Shown here one piece after another: positions 17,172-26,187 of a DNA stretch of 64,000 nucleotides. Below the pieces are notes generated by a model. The model saw only the letters and a program-made list of their open reading frames with translations, was not told the origin of the DNA and made no database searches. A program made the translations under genes and the position numbers. Where the stretch lies: positions 67,127 through 131,126 of IMG/VR virus record IMGVR_UViG_3300027792_000292. The stretch is one strand, 5' to 3'. Source of the DNA: a virus. Position 1 is the stretch's first letter, and every line of letters starts with the position of its first letter.

Positions 17172-17810
17172 ATGAAGACCTTTGTACATGAGGAAGTTTA
17201 CCGGGGTAAGGAAACCCTGGATAAGATTGCAAAAGCTAAGTTCACTATTTGCGGGCTCGGAGCTATCGGCTCAAACCTTGTGATGAACATGGCTCGTCAG
17301 AGTTTCACGAATTTCACGGTTATTGATTTTGACCGTATAGAGGATCACAATCGTCATACACAAATTTGGGGTGCAAAAGAAGTCGGTCAGATGAAGGCTG
17401 CTATGATGCAGCGCCGAATGTACGATGAGATGGGTTTGAAGATTCAGATAGAGCCAAAGAAGTTAGATGAGGCCAACATTAAGAAGCTTGTACAGAAGGA
17501 CACTATTGTGATAGATGGTTTTGACAATACTGAAGCTCGTGGTCTTGTGACTACGTTCTGTACTGAGAACAAGATTCAATGCTTGCACATAGGGATGCGT
17601 CAGGACTACGCAGAGGTTATCTGGAATGAAAACTACATAGTCCCTAAGAAGCACGGAAAAGATATCTGTGAGTATCCCCTTGCCAGGAATATTATTCTGT
17701 TGGCAGTGGCTGTGGGTACAGAAACTATTCTTCGCTATGTGGATACTGGGGTAAAAGAGAACTATGCAATCACCCTAAAAGACTGCAATATCTCTAAGCT
17801 GGAGTATTAA
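17172..17810 (+). CDS. ThiF/MoeB/E1-family adenylyltransferase
   Basis: GLGAIGS Rossmann loop, DFDRIEDHNRHTQ, K, DGFDN..AR, DICEYPLARN (candidate catalytic Cys). Confidence 0.9.
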   Translation: MKTFVHEEVYRGKETLDKIAKAKFTICGLGAIGSNLVMNMARQSFTNFTVIDFDRIEDHNRHTQIWGAKEVGQMKAAMMQRRMYDEMGLKIQIEPKKLDEANIKKLVQKDTIVIDGFDNTEARGLVTTFCTENKIQCLHIGMRQDYAEVIWNENYIVPKKHGKDICEYPLARNIILLAVAVGTETILRYVDTGVKENYAITLKDCNISKLEY

Positions 17811-17872
17811 GAGTTTGATATTTTTTTATAACTAAAAGAAAATCAATGAGTTACACAAGGTAATGTCGTATA

Positions 17873-18130
17873 ATGGACGTTGGTTGCAATAAATTTTTCA
17901 CTGGAGGTTATATGCAGCAGATTTTATCACACATTCAGAACGCTAGATTAGCCTTAAGTGTTGGGGATATAGGTAGTGCAGAAACGGCACTTAGTTGTGC
18001 TGCTAAACTGGTGGAAGAAAAATTTACAACAACCAACAACGAAAGTGCGCCATGCTGTCAAGTTACAAGGGTTGCAAATATAAGTGGCTTGGGTTGGAAA
18101 ACGTGTCCTCGTTGCAGTAAGTCGCTGTAG
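17873..18130 (+). CDS. Small hypothetical cassette-like ORF with C-terminal CxxC
   Basis: GGAGG RBS before the internal ATG; 3' end runs into an attC-like inverted repeat. Confidence 0.5.
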   Translation: MDVGCNKFFTGGYMQQILSHIQNARLALSVGDIGSAETALSCAAKLVEEKFTTTNNESAPCCQVTRVANISGLGWKTCPRCSKSL

Positions 18131-18160
18131 CACAGCGCACATTTCGCACACGTTGTAGTC
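18029..18160 (+). repeat. attC-like imperfect inverted repeat
   Basis: ACAACCAACAACGAAAGTGCGC...GCGCACATTTCGCACACGTTGTAGTC; left end complementary to the upstream GTTGGTTG at 17879. Confidence 0.55.
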
Positions 18161-18163
18161 AAT

Positions 18164-18472
18164 TTGGCGCGCTTTGAAATTATAAGCCGCCGCAAAGAAA
18201 GGAAAATCATGAGCAAGCAGTCTGATGCAAAGCTGGTCCAGTCGTGGCGAAAGAAATTTGAGTGGCCAGTGTGTGGCAACTGTACAAATTTCAAGTTTGA
18301 TCGCGTTGACAACGGTTATGGGTATATGCAGGAAAAGGAGCTTCGTTGCTCTATTGGTGGTTTCAAGGTTGGGCGTATGGACACATGCAAAAGGCATGCG
18401 GCGGCGGGAAATCAAGGAGGCGCGCCAAACAGCCTACAACAAATGCATGGCAAAATAATCGCAGCAATGTAG
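18164..18472 (+). CDS. Small Cys-rich hypothetical cassette-like ORF
   Basis: CGNCTNF...C...C..H; ends inside an attC-like repeat. Confidence 0.5.
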   Translation: MARFEIISRRKERKIMSKQSDAKLVQSWRKKFEWPVCGNCTNFKFDRVDNGYGYMQEKELRCSIGGFKVGRMDTCKRHAAAGNQGGAPNSLQQMHGKIIAAM

Positions 18473-18520
18473 GAAGTGGTTTGTAGGCGATTACTTCGCC
18501 ATGCATCGGACGTTGGTTGC
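18431..18520 (+). repeat. attC-like imperfect inverted repeat
   Basis: AGCCTACAACAAATGCATGGCAAAATAATCGC...GCGATTACTTCGCCATGCATCGGACGTTGGTTGC; left end complementary to GTTGTAG at 18152. Confidence 0.6.
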
Positions 18521-18550
18521 AATTCACTCTTTTAAGAATAGATAGGCGGT

Positions 18551-18880
18551 TTGCTAATGCGTTTAATAAAAGTTTTGTGTTGTAGACGATGCCCTTATTT
18601 TGTAGAAAATAGCCACAACACTCAGTACCCTCACAGTTCTGCTTGTGGGTATCTAATTGCAGGTCGGAGAACTTTGATACTAAGTAATACAGATAAAATT
18701 CAGGATTGGTGTCCTCTCGATACTCCGCAAACCGCAGGATTTGTGGAAGCGAGCAAACAGAAACGTCAGCCCCGTGCTGTTCGGTTGAAGACTCCCACAT
18801 TTCTGAAACAGAAACGTCAGCATAGGGCAAACGTTATGCGCAAGTTTAAAAATTCTTGTATCATAGGCGGTGAAAAATGA
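18551..18880 (+). CDS. Small Cys-rich hypothetical protein
   Basis: C..CPYF...C...WCPL motif typical of small phage proteins. Confidence 0.45.
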   Translation: MLMRLIKVLCCRRCPYFVENSHNTQYPHSSACGYLIAGRRTLILSNTDKIQDWCPLDTPQTAGFVEASKQKRQPRAVRLKTPTFLKQKRQHRANVMRKFKNSCIIGGEK

Positions 18881-18914
18881 ACATTTATCCCATGTTGCGT
18901 AGACGTTATAAGAA

Positions 18915-19148
18915 ATGCTTACTATCTTGAACTTTATAGGTAGGAGCAAGAATGGAGTAAATATGGCGAAATGTGAATCTGAGTGCTGGTATCTATATCC
19001 CCACCGTTTAACTAACCGTGAAGGTTATAGGTGTCACTGTCCTCCACGGTGTCCAGCACACTGTGGTAATTGTAAAACAGACTGTAAAGTTTCTAAGACC
19101 TACGGATGGTGTATAAAATTTGAAATGAAAGATGCGCCCACAGAATAA
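18915..19148 (+). CDS. Small Cys-rich hypothetical protein
   Basis: Multiple Cys; GGAG RBS before the internal ATG. Confidence 0.4.
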   Translation: MLTILNFIGRSKNGVNMAKCESECWYLYPHRLTNREGYRCHCPPRCPAHCGNCKTDCKVSKTYGWCIKFEMKDAPTE

Positions 19149-19250
19149 TAAGGAAATGGTGGCGCAAAGCCTAAATCGTGAGTACACTATTTCACTAATT
19201 ATCAAGCTATAGTGTAAATAAGTTATATTTTTTATATAAGGAGGTACGGC

Positions 19251-19664
19251 ATGTCAGATAACTGTGAGTGTGAATATTGTATTAACCAAGATAAGAGGGA
19301 CAAATGCTGGGTGTCTGAGAGGGTTGATACACTTAAATCTAAGGTGACAGAACTTACAGCTACCAACAGCGCTATAAGCCACAGCCTACAACAGATAAAG
19401 GCTGAAATTGCCGCTATAGCTAATAGGCTTGAGTATTGCCACAATCCGGGCAGTAATGATCAGCTTTCAGACATTATCGAAGAGATGCGGCAACTATCAG
19501 CCGACAACAGTAGTATGGATGTCCTTAAGCCAAGAGCAAGATCATGTACTACCTGCCGTTACCACCTTAAGGATAGAAATAAATGCTCAGATTGTTGTCA
19601 ATCTTGCTATTCTAATTGGGAGCCCTGTCAACAGCCAAAGAATAATGAGAACAGTGGACAATGA
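19251..19664 (+). CDS. Cys-rich/coiled-coil hypothetical protein containing an attC-like remnant
   Basis: GGAGG RBS; internal inverted repeat GGCTGAAATTGCCGC/GCGGCAACTATCAGCC. Confidence 0.5.
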   Translation: MSDNCECEYCINQDKRDKCWVSERVDTLKSKVTELTATNSAISHSLQQIKAEIAAIANRLEYCHNPGSNDQLSDIIEEMRQLSADNSSMDVLKPRARSCTTCRYHLKDRNKCSDCCQSCYSNWEPCQQPKNNENSGQ

Positions 19665-19885
19665 GCAGCTTGCCCTGATAGTTGTTATAGGTTGGCCTGT
19701 TATGGCGGTAATCACAAGTATTGTAAGTAACTTTTTTATTTAGGTAAGATTCCTCTTTTCTTTTTAAACTATACCTGCCAATTAGTATATTATTGAGTAT
19801 TTAATATAACTACAGGAATGTTTAAAAATGCCTAAACTAAATATAGTAGGAAAGACTTTTGGGAGACTAACTAAGGAATATAGTT

Positions 19886-20761
19886 ATGTCTAAAATATTT
19901 TTGGCATATCCAATCGCAAAGGATTGCAACTTAAGATGCTATTACTGTTATCATACAGAGCACTTCGAATCCAACTTTGAAGAGAAACAAAGATTCACCT
20001 TCAAAGATTATGTACGTTTCCGAGATACCCATTTGAGCGATGCCTCTGAAATCATTGTGCATTTTCACGGTGGAGAACCCTTTATCCCAGGCAACTCAAA
20101 CACTATCTGTTCCTTCCTGAGAAGTACACGATTGGAGAAGGCAGACCTGCTTACGAACGGGCTACAGGATAGAGCGAACTATGAAAAGCTTCTACCTTTG
20201 AAAGATCGGATACATAGAGTAGGATTCACTTTTCATAGGCAGATCATAGGCGGGGTCAAATCTTATATACAGAAATATGAAGACAACGTAAAGTGGCTAC
20301 ATAGTCAGGGTATTCCAGTTTATGTGAAAGAGCTAATGTTCCCAAAGCTGAGAGATGATATTTTGAGTTATAAACGTTATTGGAAATCTCTTGGGATACC
20401 ATACAAGATACAAGACTTCCGTGGATCGGATAGAGGATTCAGTAGAGAGGCTTATGGGGATTATACTCCCTTAGATATCCTTCTTGTGGATTCTGAGTAC
20501 AAGCACGGAGGAGAATTCTGTTCTTGTATGAAGGGGTATAAGAATGTTCTAATACGCGGGGGATGGATGAGCGGCCAAATAATAGCGTGTTTTGAAGACC
20601 CTAAGTGTATCGGATCGCTATTAGATAATACATATAATCCAAACTATAAAATATGTAGAGATACTAATTTAGGTAGAATAAATGTCACAGGAGTACCGGA
20701 AGTATATCTTGGGGCATATGAAAGAGATTTACCAAAGCCTAAGTATTGTGGGCAGGACTAA
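19886..20761 (+). CDS. Radical SAM protein
   Basis: CNLRCYYC, FHGGEP, LLTNG. Confidence 0.9.
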   Translation: MSKIFLAYPIAKDCNLRCYYCYHTEHFESNFEEKQRFTFKDYVRFRDTHLSDASEIIVHFHGGEPFIPGNSNTICSFLRSTRLEKADLLTNGLQDRANYEKLLPLKDRIHRVGFTFHRQIIGGVKSYIQKYEDNVKWLHSQGIPVYVKELMFPKLRDDILSYKRYWKSLGIPYKIQDFRGSDRGFSREAYGDYTPLDILLVDSEYKHGGEFCSCMKGYKNVLIRGGWMSGQIIACFEDPKCIGSLLDNTYNPNYKICRDTNLGRINVTGVPEVYLGAYERDLPKPKYCGQD

Positions 20762-20762
20762 T

Positions 20763-21185
20763 ATGATATTAAATAATGAAGACACAGAATATTTGAAAGA
20801 GCTGTCTGTAAGATGGGGTTTGAAATATCGTGAGCCGATTACGATAGGGACGTACCGATGGTATCTATTTATGTACACAAACTTATACGATTGTTTACCT
20901 GAGTATAAGATAGATGATAGGGATAGAAGAATTTTAACGAGTATATTTATAAAGCTTAAGCCAGAACATAAGCTTACTTGGATAAGGCATAAGCTTTATG
21001 AAGCCTCTGAGGATATAGAAAATATTAAAGAGGAAGAAATGAACTCTACTGTTATAGGTCAATTAACCAATATTAGGGAATTTAGAGTAGCTTTATTTCT
21101 AATGTACTGTTTGGAAACTAAAGATTACATTTTAGATGATTATGTTTTAGATACTTTCAAATATTTAGAAAAGTATAGGAGCTAA
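20763..21185 (+). CDS. Hypothetical protein
   Basis: ORF in operon-like spacing. Confidence 0.5.
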   Translation: MILNNEDTEYLKELSVRWGLKYREPITIGTYRWYLFMYTNLYDCLPEYKIDDRDRRILTSIFIKLKPEHKLTWIRHKLYEASEDIENIKEEEMNSTVIGQLTNIREFRVALFLMYCLETKDYILDDYVLDTFKYLEKYRS

Positions 21186-21186
21186 C

Positions 21187-21834
21187 ATGGAGTACCAATT
21201 TGATTTCTCAACTAAGTTTGAGTTCTGGAATCATGACCATTGGGAAAATTTTGAAGAGATAGTTACACGATTCTCTGGGAGAGAGAATCTTAATTTCCTT
21301 GAGATAGGTGTTTGTGAAGGGTGGACAACGACTAAACTATTAGATAGTGTATTAACAGAAGATGGTTGTACCATACATTGTATTGATCCTGATCCTTCCC
21401 CCCTATTTGAGCAGAATATGAAGGAGCATTCTGGGAGATATGTTCTGTATAAAGATTACTCAATTAACGTACTACCGAGGCTTTTACAGATAGGGTCAAA
21501 ATTTGATTTAGTTTATGTAGATGGAGATCACACAGCCTTCGCTGTATTGGAGGATATGGTTTTGTCCTGGAAGCTTCTAAAGAAGGGTGGACTTCTTCTT
21601 GTGGATGACTATGAGATGAAGATAAAGGACCAGTGGTTCTATAAATGCCATAAAGAATTCAAGGATACGCCACGTCTTTTGTTCATTCATCCTATGGTAG
21701 CTATAAGTGCGTTTATGACCATATACAGAGGCTGTTACGAACTATGTATAAATAATTACCAGATAGGTTTGATAAAAACGGTAGACCTATGTGAGCAGAA
21801 CATAAATAGCGGTGACGGGCTAACAACATATTGA
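21187..21834 (+). CDS. Class I SAM-dependent methyltransferase (Methyltransf_24-like)
   Basis: FLEIGVCEG, FDLVYVDGDH, LKKGGLLLVDDY. Confidence 0.85.
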   Translation: MEYQFDFSTKFEFWNHDHWENFEEIVTRFSGRENLNFLEIGVCEGWTTTKLLDSVLTEDGCTIHCIDPDPSPLFEQNMKEHSGRYVLYKDYSINVLPRLLQIGSKFDLVYVDGDHTAFAVLEDMVLSWKLLKKGGLLLVDDYEMKIKDQWFYKCHKEFKDTPRLLFIHPMVAISAFMTIYRGCYELCINNYQIGLIKTVDLCEQNINSGDGLTTY

Positions 21835-21841
21835 GGGTGAT

Positions 21842-22177
21842 ATGTTTTCTAAAGGTTTGATGAAAAGTAATGGTATTGATATCACTATAAAAAGTAATCC
21901 TGGGCATGTATTATCCCCCGATGACTGGACTATGGTATTGGATGTTAAATTTGGAAAAATCAGCCCAGAAGCTTATAAGATGTATTATTTAGAGTTACTC
22001 AAAAAAAGATGGGTAACACGTAAAGACGAATTTGTGACGCTAGCTCGACAAGGGGCTGAGCAGGATATACTTTTAAAGTGTTATTGTCCAAAGACGGATA
22101 CTTTCTGCCATGCTTTCTTAGCGGCTAAGTTCATGAACAACTTGATAGATAAAATAAGGCAAACTGGGAATTCTTAA
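21842..22177 (+). CDS. DUF488-like protein
   Basis: LSP....V...K.G.I....Y...Y..LL...LKCYC....FCH. Confidence 0.55.
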   Translation: MFSKGLMKSNGIDITIKSNPGHVLSPDDWTMVLDVKFGKISPEAYKMYYLELLKKRWVTRKDEFVTLARQGAEQDILLKCYCPKTDTFCHAFLAAKFMNNLIDKIRQTGNS

Positions 22178-22264
22178 GATGCCTGATAGCCCTCTGCTTT
22201 TGAAAATTTGAATTAGATTTTTCATTTCTTATTACAAAAAGTATATTAGAGAGATTCTTATTTT

Positions 22265-22543
22265 ATGAATAACGAGTTAAGTTGTCAGATATGTAGAAGG
22301 AGTACTCCAAAGCCTTATCAAGAAAAGCATCATCTAAAGCCGTGCCGAGATAGCTTAACTATAGATGTATGTTGCGATTGTGGGGACCAGATACATAATA
22401 TGTTTGAGAACTACATCATCAGGAAAGAGCTTGATACGTTAGAAAAGCTCCTTGCTAATGATGGCATAAAGAAGTGGATAAAGTTTATTAGGAAGAAGAC
22501 AGAGTTTAGTACAATTTGTATGAAACAAAAAAAGAAGCGTTAG
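22265..22543 (+). CDS. Small HNH-like zinc-binding protein
   Basis: CQIC...EKHHLKP...C.DC..QIH. Confidence 0.6.
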   Translation: MNNELSCQICRRSTPKPYQEKHHLKPCRDSLTIDVCCDCGDQIHNMFENYIIRKELDTLEKLLANDGIKKWIKFIRKKTEFSTICMKQKKKR

Positions 22544-22544
22544 A

Positions 22545-22754
22545 ATGAATAGAGGTGGTGGGCTAATAAGCGGGTATGGGCAACGGCAAATGGAGAGAGA
22601 TGTTGTAGAACATATTCATCCAAGAGAACTTGGCAAATGGGTAAATCACAAGTGGCAGTTTGAGGATAATGAAGCTTTATACAGGGAAAGATGTGGAGAG
22701 GCTTACTACGAATTGGAGAAAGAAAAAAATGATAGTGGAGTCAGCAATACGTAA
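22545..22754 (+). CDS. Hypothetical protein
   Basis: ORF track; tight spacing. Confidence 0.4.
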   Translation: MNRGGGLISGYGQRQMERDVVEHIHPRELGKWVNHKWQFEDNEALYRERCGEAYYELEKEKNDSGVSNT

Positions 22755-22959
22755 GGATGGTATTGTATATAAGGGACGTAGGCATAATAATATTCTATGT
22801 GATACCTCTCGTCCCTTTGGTTTTTTGAAAAATGGAGAACAAGGTTTTGTAACGGATATGGGAAACTTTCTTTCTCGTAGGGCAGCGGCTGAACATGCTT
22901 TCGAGTGTGGTCAGTTGAAGGAGAAAAAGAGAATCTTATGCAGTGAAGATCTTTGGTAA
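22729..22959 (+). CDS. Conserved small phage protein
   Basis: GRRH...QGFVT..GNFLSR..A...AF.CGQ...SEDLW motif. Confidence 0.6.
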   Translation: MIVESAIRKDGIVYKGRRHNNILCDTSRPFGFLKNGEQGFVTDMGNFLSRRAAAEHAFECGQLKEKKRILCSEDLW

Positions 22960-22966
22960 AGACCTA

Positions 22967-23455
22967 ATGGAAGAAATAAAATATAGGAAACCAAGTTATT
23001 TTCACTATTTGGCGAACAAACTAATCTTTGGTGATAATAACGCAGTAACAGGAGATACATTCAAGATATATACTTATGAGCCTCATAGAGAAGGATTAGA
23101 AGTTACAGAGATTATTTATAGTTATTTAGGTAGATTTAGAATTTTGGAGATAGGGAGTATCGGATACTTAAGGTCCTTACATATAGAGGGTAATGGGATA
23201 GCTAATATAATAGGTTTATTTTTAAAAATTAAAGAAACGGAATATAGAGTATATGATACTCTATTTTCTAATGTGAATTTTGAAAGATATGATGAAAATT
23301 TTAAAAGGGTAGCACAGCGTGCCATAGTTTCAGTATCTATGCTTATTGAGGCTATGGAAACAAAGTCATTTTATAACATACCAATGATAGTAAATGACTT
23401 ACCAGAAATAGCACAGCTACTAATACTTTATCGTGAGAACTGGACAAAGGAATAG
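22967..23455 (+). CDS. Hypothetical protein
   Basis: ORF track. Confidence 0.5.
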   Translation: MEEIKYRKPSYFHYLANKLIFGDNNAVTGDTFKIYTYEPHREGLEVTEIIYSYLGRFRILEIGSIGYLRSLHIEGNGIANIIGLFLKIKETEYRVYDTLFSNVNFERYDENFKRVAQRAIVSVSMLIEAMETKSFYNIPMIVNDLPEIAQLLILYRENWTKE

Positions 23456-23465
23456 GAGTTAAATA

Positions 23466-24584
23466 ATGCTTGAGATACTTAAATTTTTAAATGAGCATCC
23501 TTATGATTGGAAGCAGGTTCTGGAAGCAGAACCATATTGTATGACCATACGGGAGAAGGGTAACTTTGTACTTTTTATGTACAATCAAATCGAATCCGAT
23601 TTCAATATTCCTTTAGTACAGGAATGCCGTGGAATCGTATTAGAGAAGGATACCTGGAAAGTTCTATGTTTTCCTTTTACCAAATTCTGGAATGCCGGGG
23701 AATCCAAGGCAGCGGTACTTGATTGGGGCTCTGCGCGAGTACAGGAGAAAATAGATGGTTCCATGATAAAGCTTTGGTGGTACGAACCAGAGTGGAGAGT
23801 ATCTACCATGTCCATGATAGATGCAAAAGATTGTACCTTACAGAACGATTTAGATGTCAGATACAATACTTTCTATGATTTGTTTATGGAAGGCGCAAAT
23901 AAAAGAGCTTTAGACTTTGAAGCTTTAAATAAAGATTATACGCATATGTTTGAGTTAGTAGGACCTTACAATCGAGTGGTTGTGCCATATAAAGACATTG
24001 CTATAACCCACACGGGAACTAGAGATAACAGAACTCTCGAAGAGTTAGATATCGACCTTGGGGTTCCTAAGCCTAAGTCTTATGGGTTCAAGGCCCCAGA
24101 AGATGTTCTGGCTATGGCAGCTGCCTTGCCTTTCTCTGAAGAGGGCTATGTGGTTGTAGATGCTAATTGGAATCGAATAAAAATCAAAGGCCCGGCCTAT
24201 GTAGCTGTGCATCACCTCAAAAATAATGGTGACATAAATAAGAAAAGGGCTTTAGCGCTTGTCATGCTTAATGAGCAGGAAGAGTTCCTGTCCTATTTCC
24301 CGGAGTACAAAACATACTTCGATGTTATCACTGATGCTTTCAATACCTATTTAGGTAAGGTAAAAGCTGATATAGATTCTATTGAGGGAAAGGTATTTGA
24401 AACCAGGAAGGAATATGCTCTAACTGTTAAGGGTATGACTAACTCCGCCCTTATGTTCTTTATTATGGACGGTAGAGTTAAGAAGGAAGATTGGGAAAAG
24501 CATATACGTTCTTTGCCCTCAGATAAAGTAGTAGAGTATCTACATTTAAAAAATATAAAAGAGTCATTGGAGGTAAAAGAGTAA
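23466..24584 (+). CDS. T4 Rnl1-like RNA ligase
   Basis: ECRG, PF.KFWN, motif I EKIDGS, FEL..P.NR.VV, EGYVV, RIKIK...Y...H. Confidence 0.9.
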   Translation: MLEILKFLNEHPYDWKQVLEAEPYCMTIREKGNFVLFMYNQIESDFNIPLVQECRGIVLEKDTWKVLCFPFTKFWNAGESKAAVLDWGSARVQEKIDGSMIKLWWYEPEWRVSTMSMIDAKDCTLQNDLDVRYNTFYDLFMEGANKRALDFEALNKDYTHMFELVGPYNRVVVPYKDIAITHTGTRDNRTLEELDIDLGVPKPKSYGFKAPEDVLAMAAALPFSEEGYVVVDANWNRIKIKGPAYVAVHHLKNNGDINKKRALALVMLNEQEEFLSYFPEYKTYFDVITDAFNTYLGKVKADIDSIEGKVFETRKEYALTVKGMTNSALMFFIMDGRVKKEDWEKHIRSLPSDKVVEYLHLKNIKESLEVKE

Positions 24585-24734
24585 TGGCTAAGTGTCCTTA
24601 TGAAGATTGTATGCGTCATAGAGATTGTACTATACTGGATATAACAGGGAAAATTCCAAAGTCAAAAGACAAATGTTCCTATTATACTAAAGAGTCACAT
24701 AAAAAGGCGGATAACTTAAAGAAGGAGGAATAAT

Positions 24735-25109
24735 ATGGGATACTCAGTTTATGATTGGTTCGATGATCTCTTAGCTCCGAAACTCAAAGAAGTCTTAGAA
24801 ACTTTTGAAAAAAATGAGGATGAAAAGGATAACTCTTGCGACCTAAACAAAGTGAGCGTGTACTCTTATGATGTTTTTATAAAAGCACTAAAAGACGCGC
24901 TTAGAGGGCACCATGACGAAAGATTTACCTCTCAAATGCTTCATTTGATTTTAAATCCTGAAGAGGAAGAGATGGATTTGATAGAGGGTGTGAAGAAGGC
25001 TTTTTATATGCTTACTTCTTGTGGTGAGACTCTTCATAAGATAGAATACAGAAAAGACGCAGCTACAACAGTTGTTGCTAATTATCAAGACTTTGAAAGT
25101 GAGGAGTAA
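24735..25109 (+). CDS. Hypothetical protein
   Basis: GGAGG RBS. Confidence 0.55.
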   Translation: MGYSVYDWFDDLLAPKLKEVLETFEKNEDEKDNSCDLNKVSVYSYDVFIKALKDALRGHHDERFTSQMLHLILNPEEEEMDLIEGVKKAFYMLTSCGETLHKIEYRKDAATTVVANYQDFESEE

Positions 25110-25111
25110 GA

Positions 25112-25267
25112 ATGGGTAAAGGAAGCGATAGGAGACCAATGGATGAAGAACGTTGTAGCCATGAAGAGTTCAGAAAAAGATGGGACCGTATCTTTAGTTC
25201 CAGTATATCAGAAAAAACTGAAAAAGATAATCTGCTGGAAGGTAATGAAGATAAGAAGAAATCATAA
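25112..25267 (+). CDS. Small phage protein (MGKGSDRRP...)
   Basis: AGGAG RBS; N-terminal motif resembles common small phage ORFs. Confidence 0.45.
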   Translation: MGKGSDRRPMDEERCSHEEFRKRWDRIFSSSISEKTEKDNLLEGNEDKKKS

Positions 25268-25279
25268 ATAGGAGGAAGT

Positions 25280-25651
25280 ATGTCCTGGGAGATACTCGGA
25301 CTTATTATTGTATTAATCATAGGTATTATGTTATTTGTTTTTCGTAAGAATCCTTTTGTAGAGAAATATTGGAAATATGCTATCATATTGGTTCCTGCAA
25401 CTGTTGTCTTGATTCTTATATTGGTAAATAAAAGAAAAGGCGATCAAGGCAGGCAGCATGGCCAAGCGGACGCTCTTACTGGGGCTATTAGTAAAATTAG
25501 AGATGACCTTACAGAAACTAATCACATAGCGGCAATTAAAACAGCAGCCGCTAAGACTGAGCAAGCTCAGGTAGTTAAGAAGCTGGAAGATATTAAGCAA
25601 ATAGAGGATCAAAAAGAAAGGCTCAAACAATTAGCGGATATGTTGGGGTAA
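25280..25651 (+). CDS. Membrane protein with two TM helices and a coiled coil (possible lysis/spanin-like)
   Basis: Two hydrophobic segments then a heptad-rich tail. Confidence 0.55.
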   Translation: MSWEILGLIIVLIIGIMLFVFRKNPFVEKYWKYAIILVPATVVLILILVNKRKGDQGRQHGQADALTGAISKIRDDLTETNHIAAIKTAAAKTEQAQVVKKLEDIKQIEDQKERLKQLADMLG

Positions 25652-25653
25652 CC

Positions 25654-25908
25654 ATGAAACTAAATAAGAAAGAAAAGTATTATTCTATTGTATGTACTGA
25701 TGGGCCAGAAGATGATGGATATTGGATGGCGCATGAGGGGTCACTAAGGAAAGCAAGAGTAGAGTACAAGAAAGCTTCAAAACACTTTTTGAAGGATAAA
25801 GGAGGATTTATTGGTAGTAAACCAGAAATTCTCCTTGTTAAAGTAGAAAAAATAGAGAAAATAACTATATTGAACTCTATACCACTTAAAAAGATGGGTG
25901 AGGTATAA
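25654..25908 (+). CDS. Hypothetical protein
   Basis: ORF track. Confidence 0.45.
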   Translation: MKLNKKEKYYSIVCTDGPEDDGYWMAHEGSLRKARVEYKKASKHFLKDKGGFIGSKPEILLVKVEKIEKITILNSIPLKKMGEV

Positions 25909-25956
25909 ATAATATTCGGCAAATATTGTAAGAAATAAAAAGTTTAAGGAGATAAA

Positions 25957-26163
25957 ATGTACATATCAGAAGTAATCGCTAAGTTATCGGATATTCAAAA
26001 ACAACATGGGGACCTTATTTGTGTAGTGAGGGCAGATCATGAATATTGGGGATGTGTTGATTCAGTATTTGATGAGTCTTCTTTATATGTTAAAGAAAAT
26101 TGCCAACCTGATGGCCCTAAAAGCGGAAAATCCGAAAAAGGTGTTGTTTTTTATGCAGATTAA
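25957..26163 (+). CDS. Hypothetical protein
   Basis: AAGGAG RBS. Confidence 0.5.
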   Translation: MYISEVIAKLSDIQKQHGDLICVVRADHEYWGCVDSVFDESSLYVKENCQPDGPKSGKSEKGVVFYAD

Positions 26164-26187
26164 ACTTCGAACAGCAGCGTGAGGCAT

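Noticed and set aside
17172-17810. Thiamine/molybdopterin biosynthesis role for the ThiF protein
   Set aside because: No thi/moa genes or ThiS/MoaD-type GG-ending carrier nearby. The context (JAB, Ubl, vWA) favours a conjugation system, although this is not proven.
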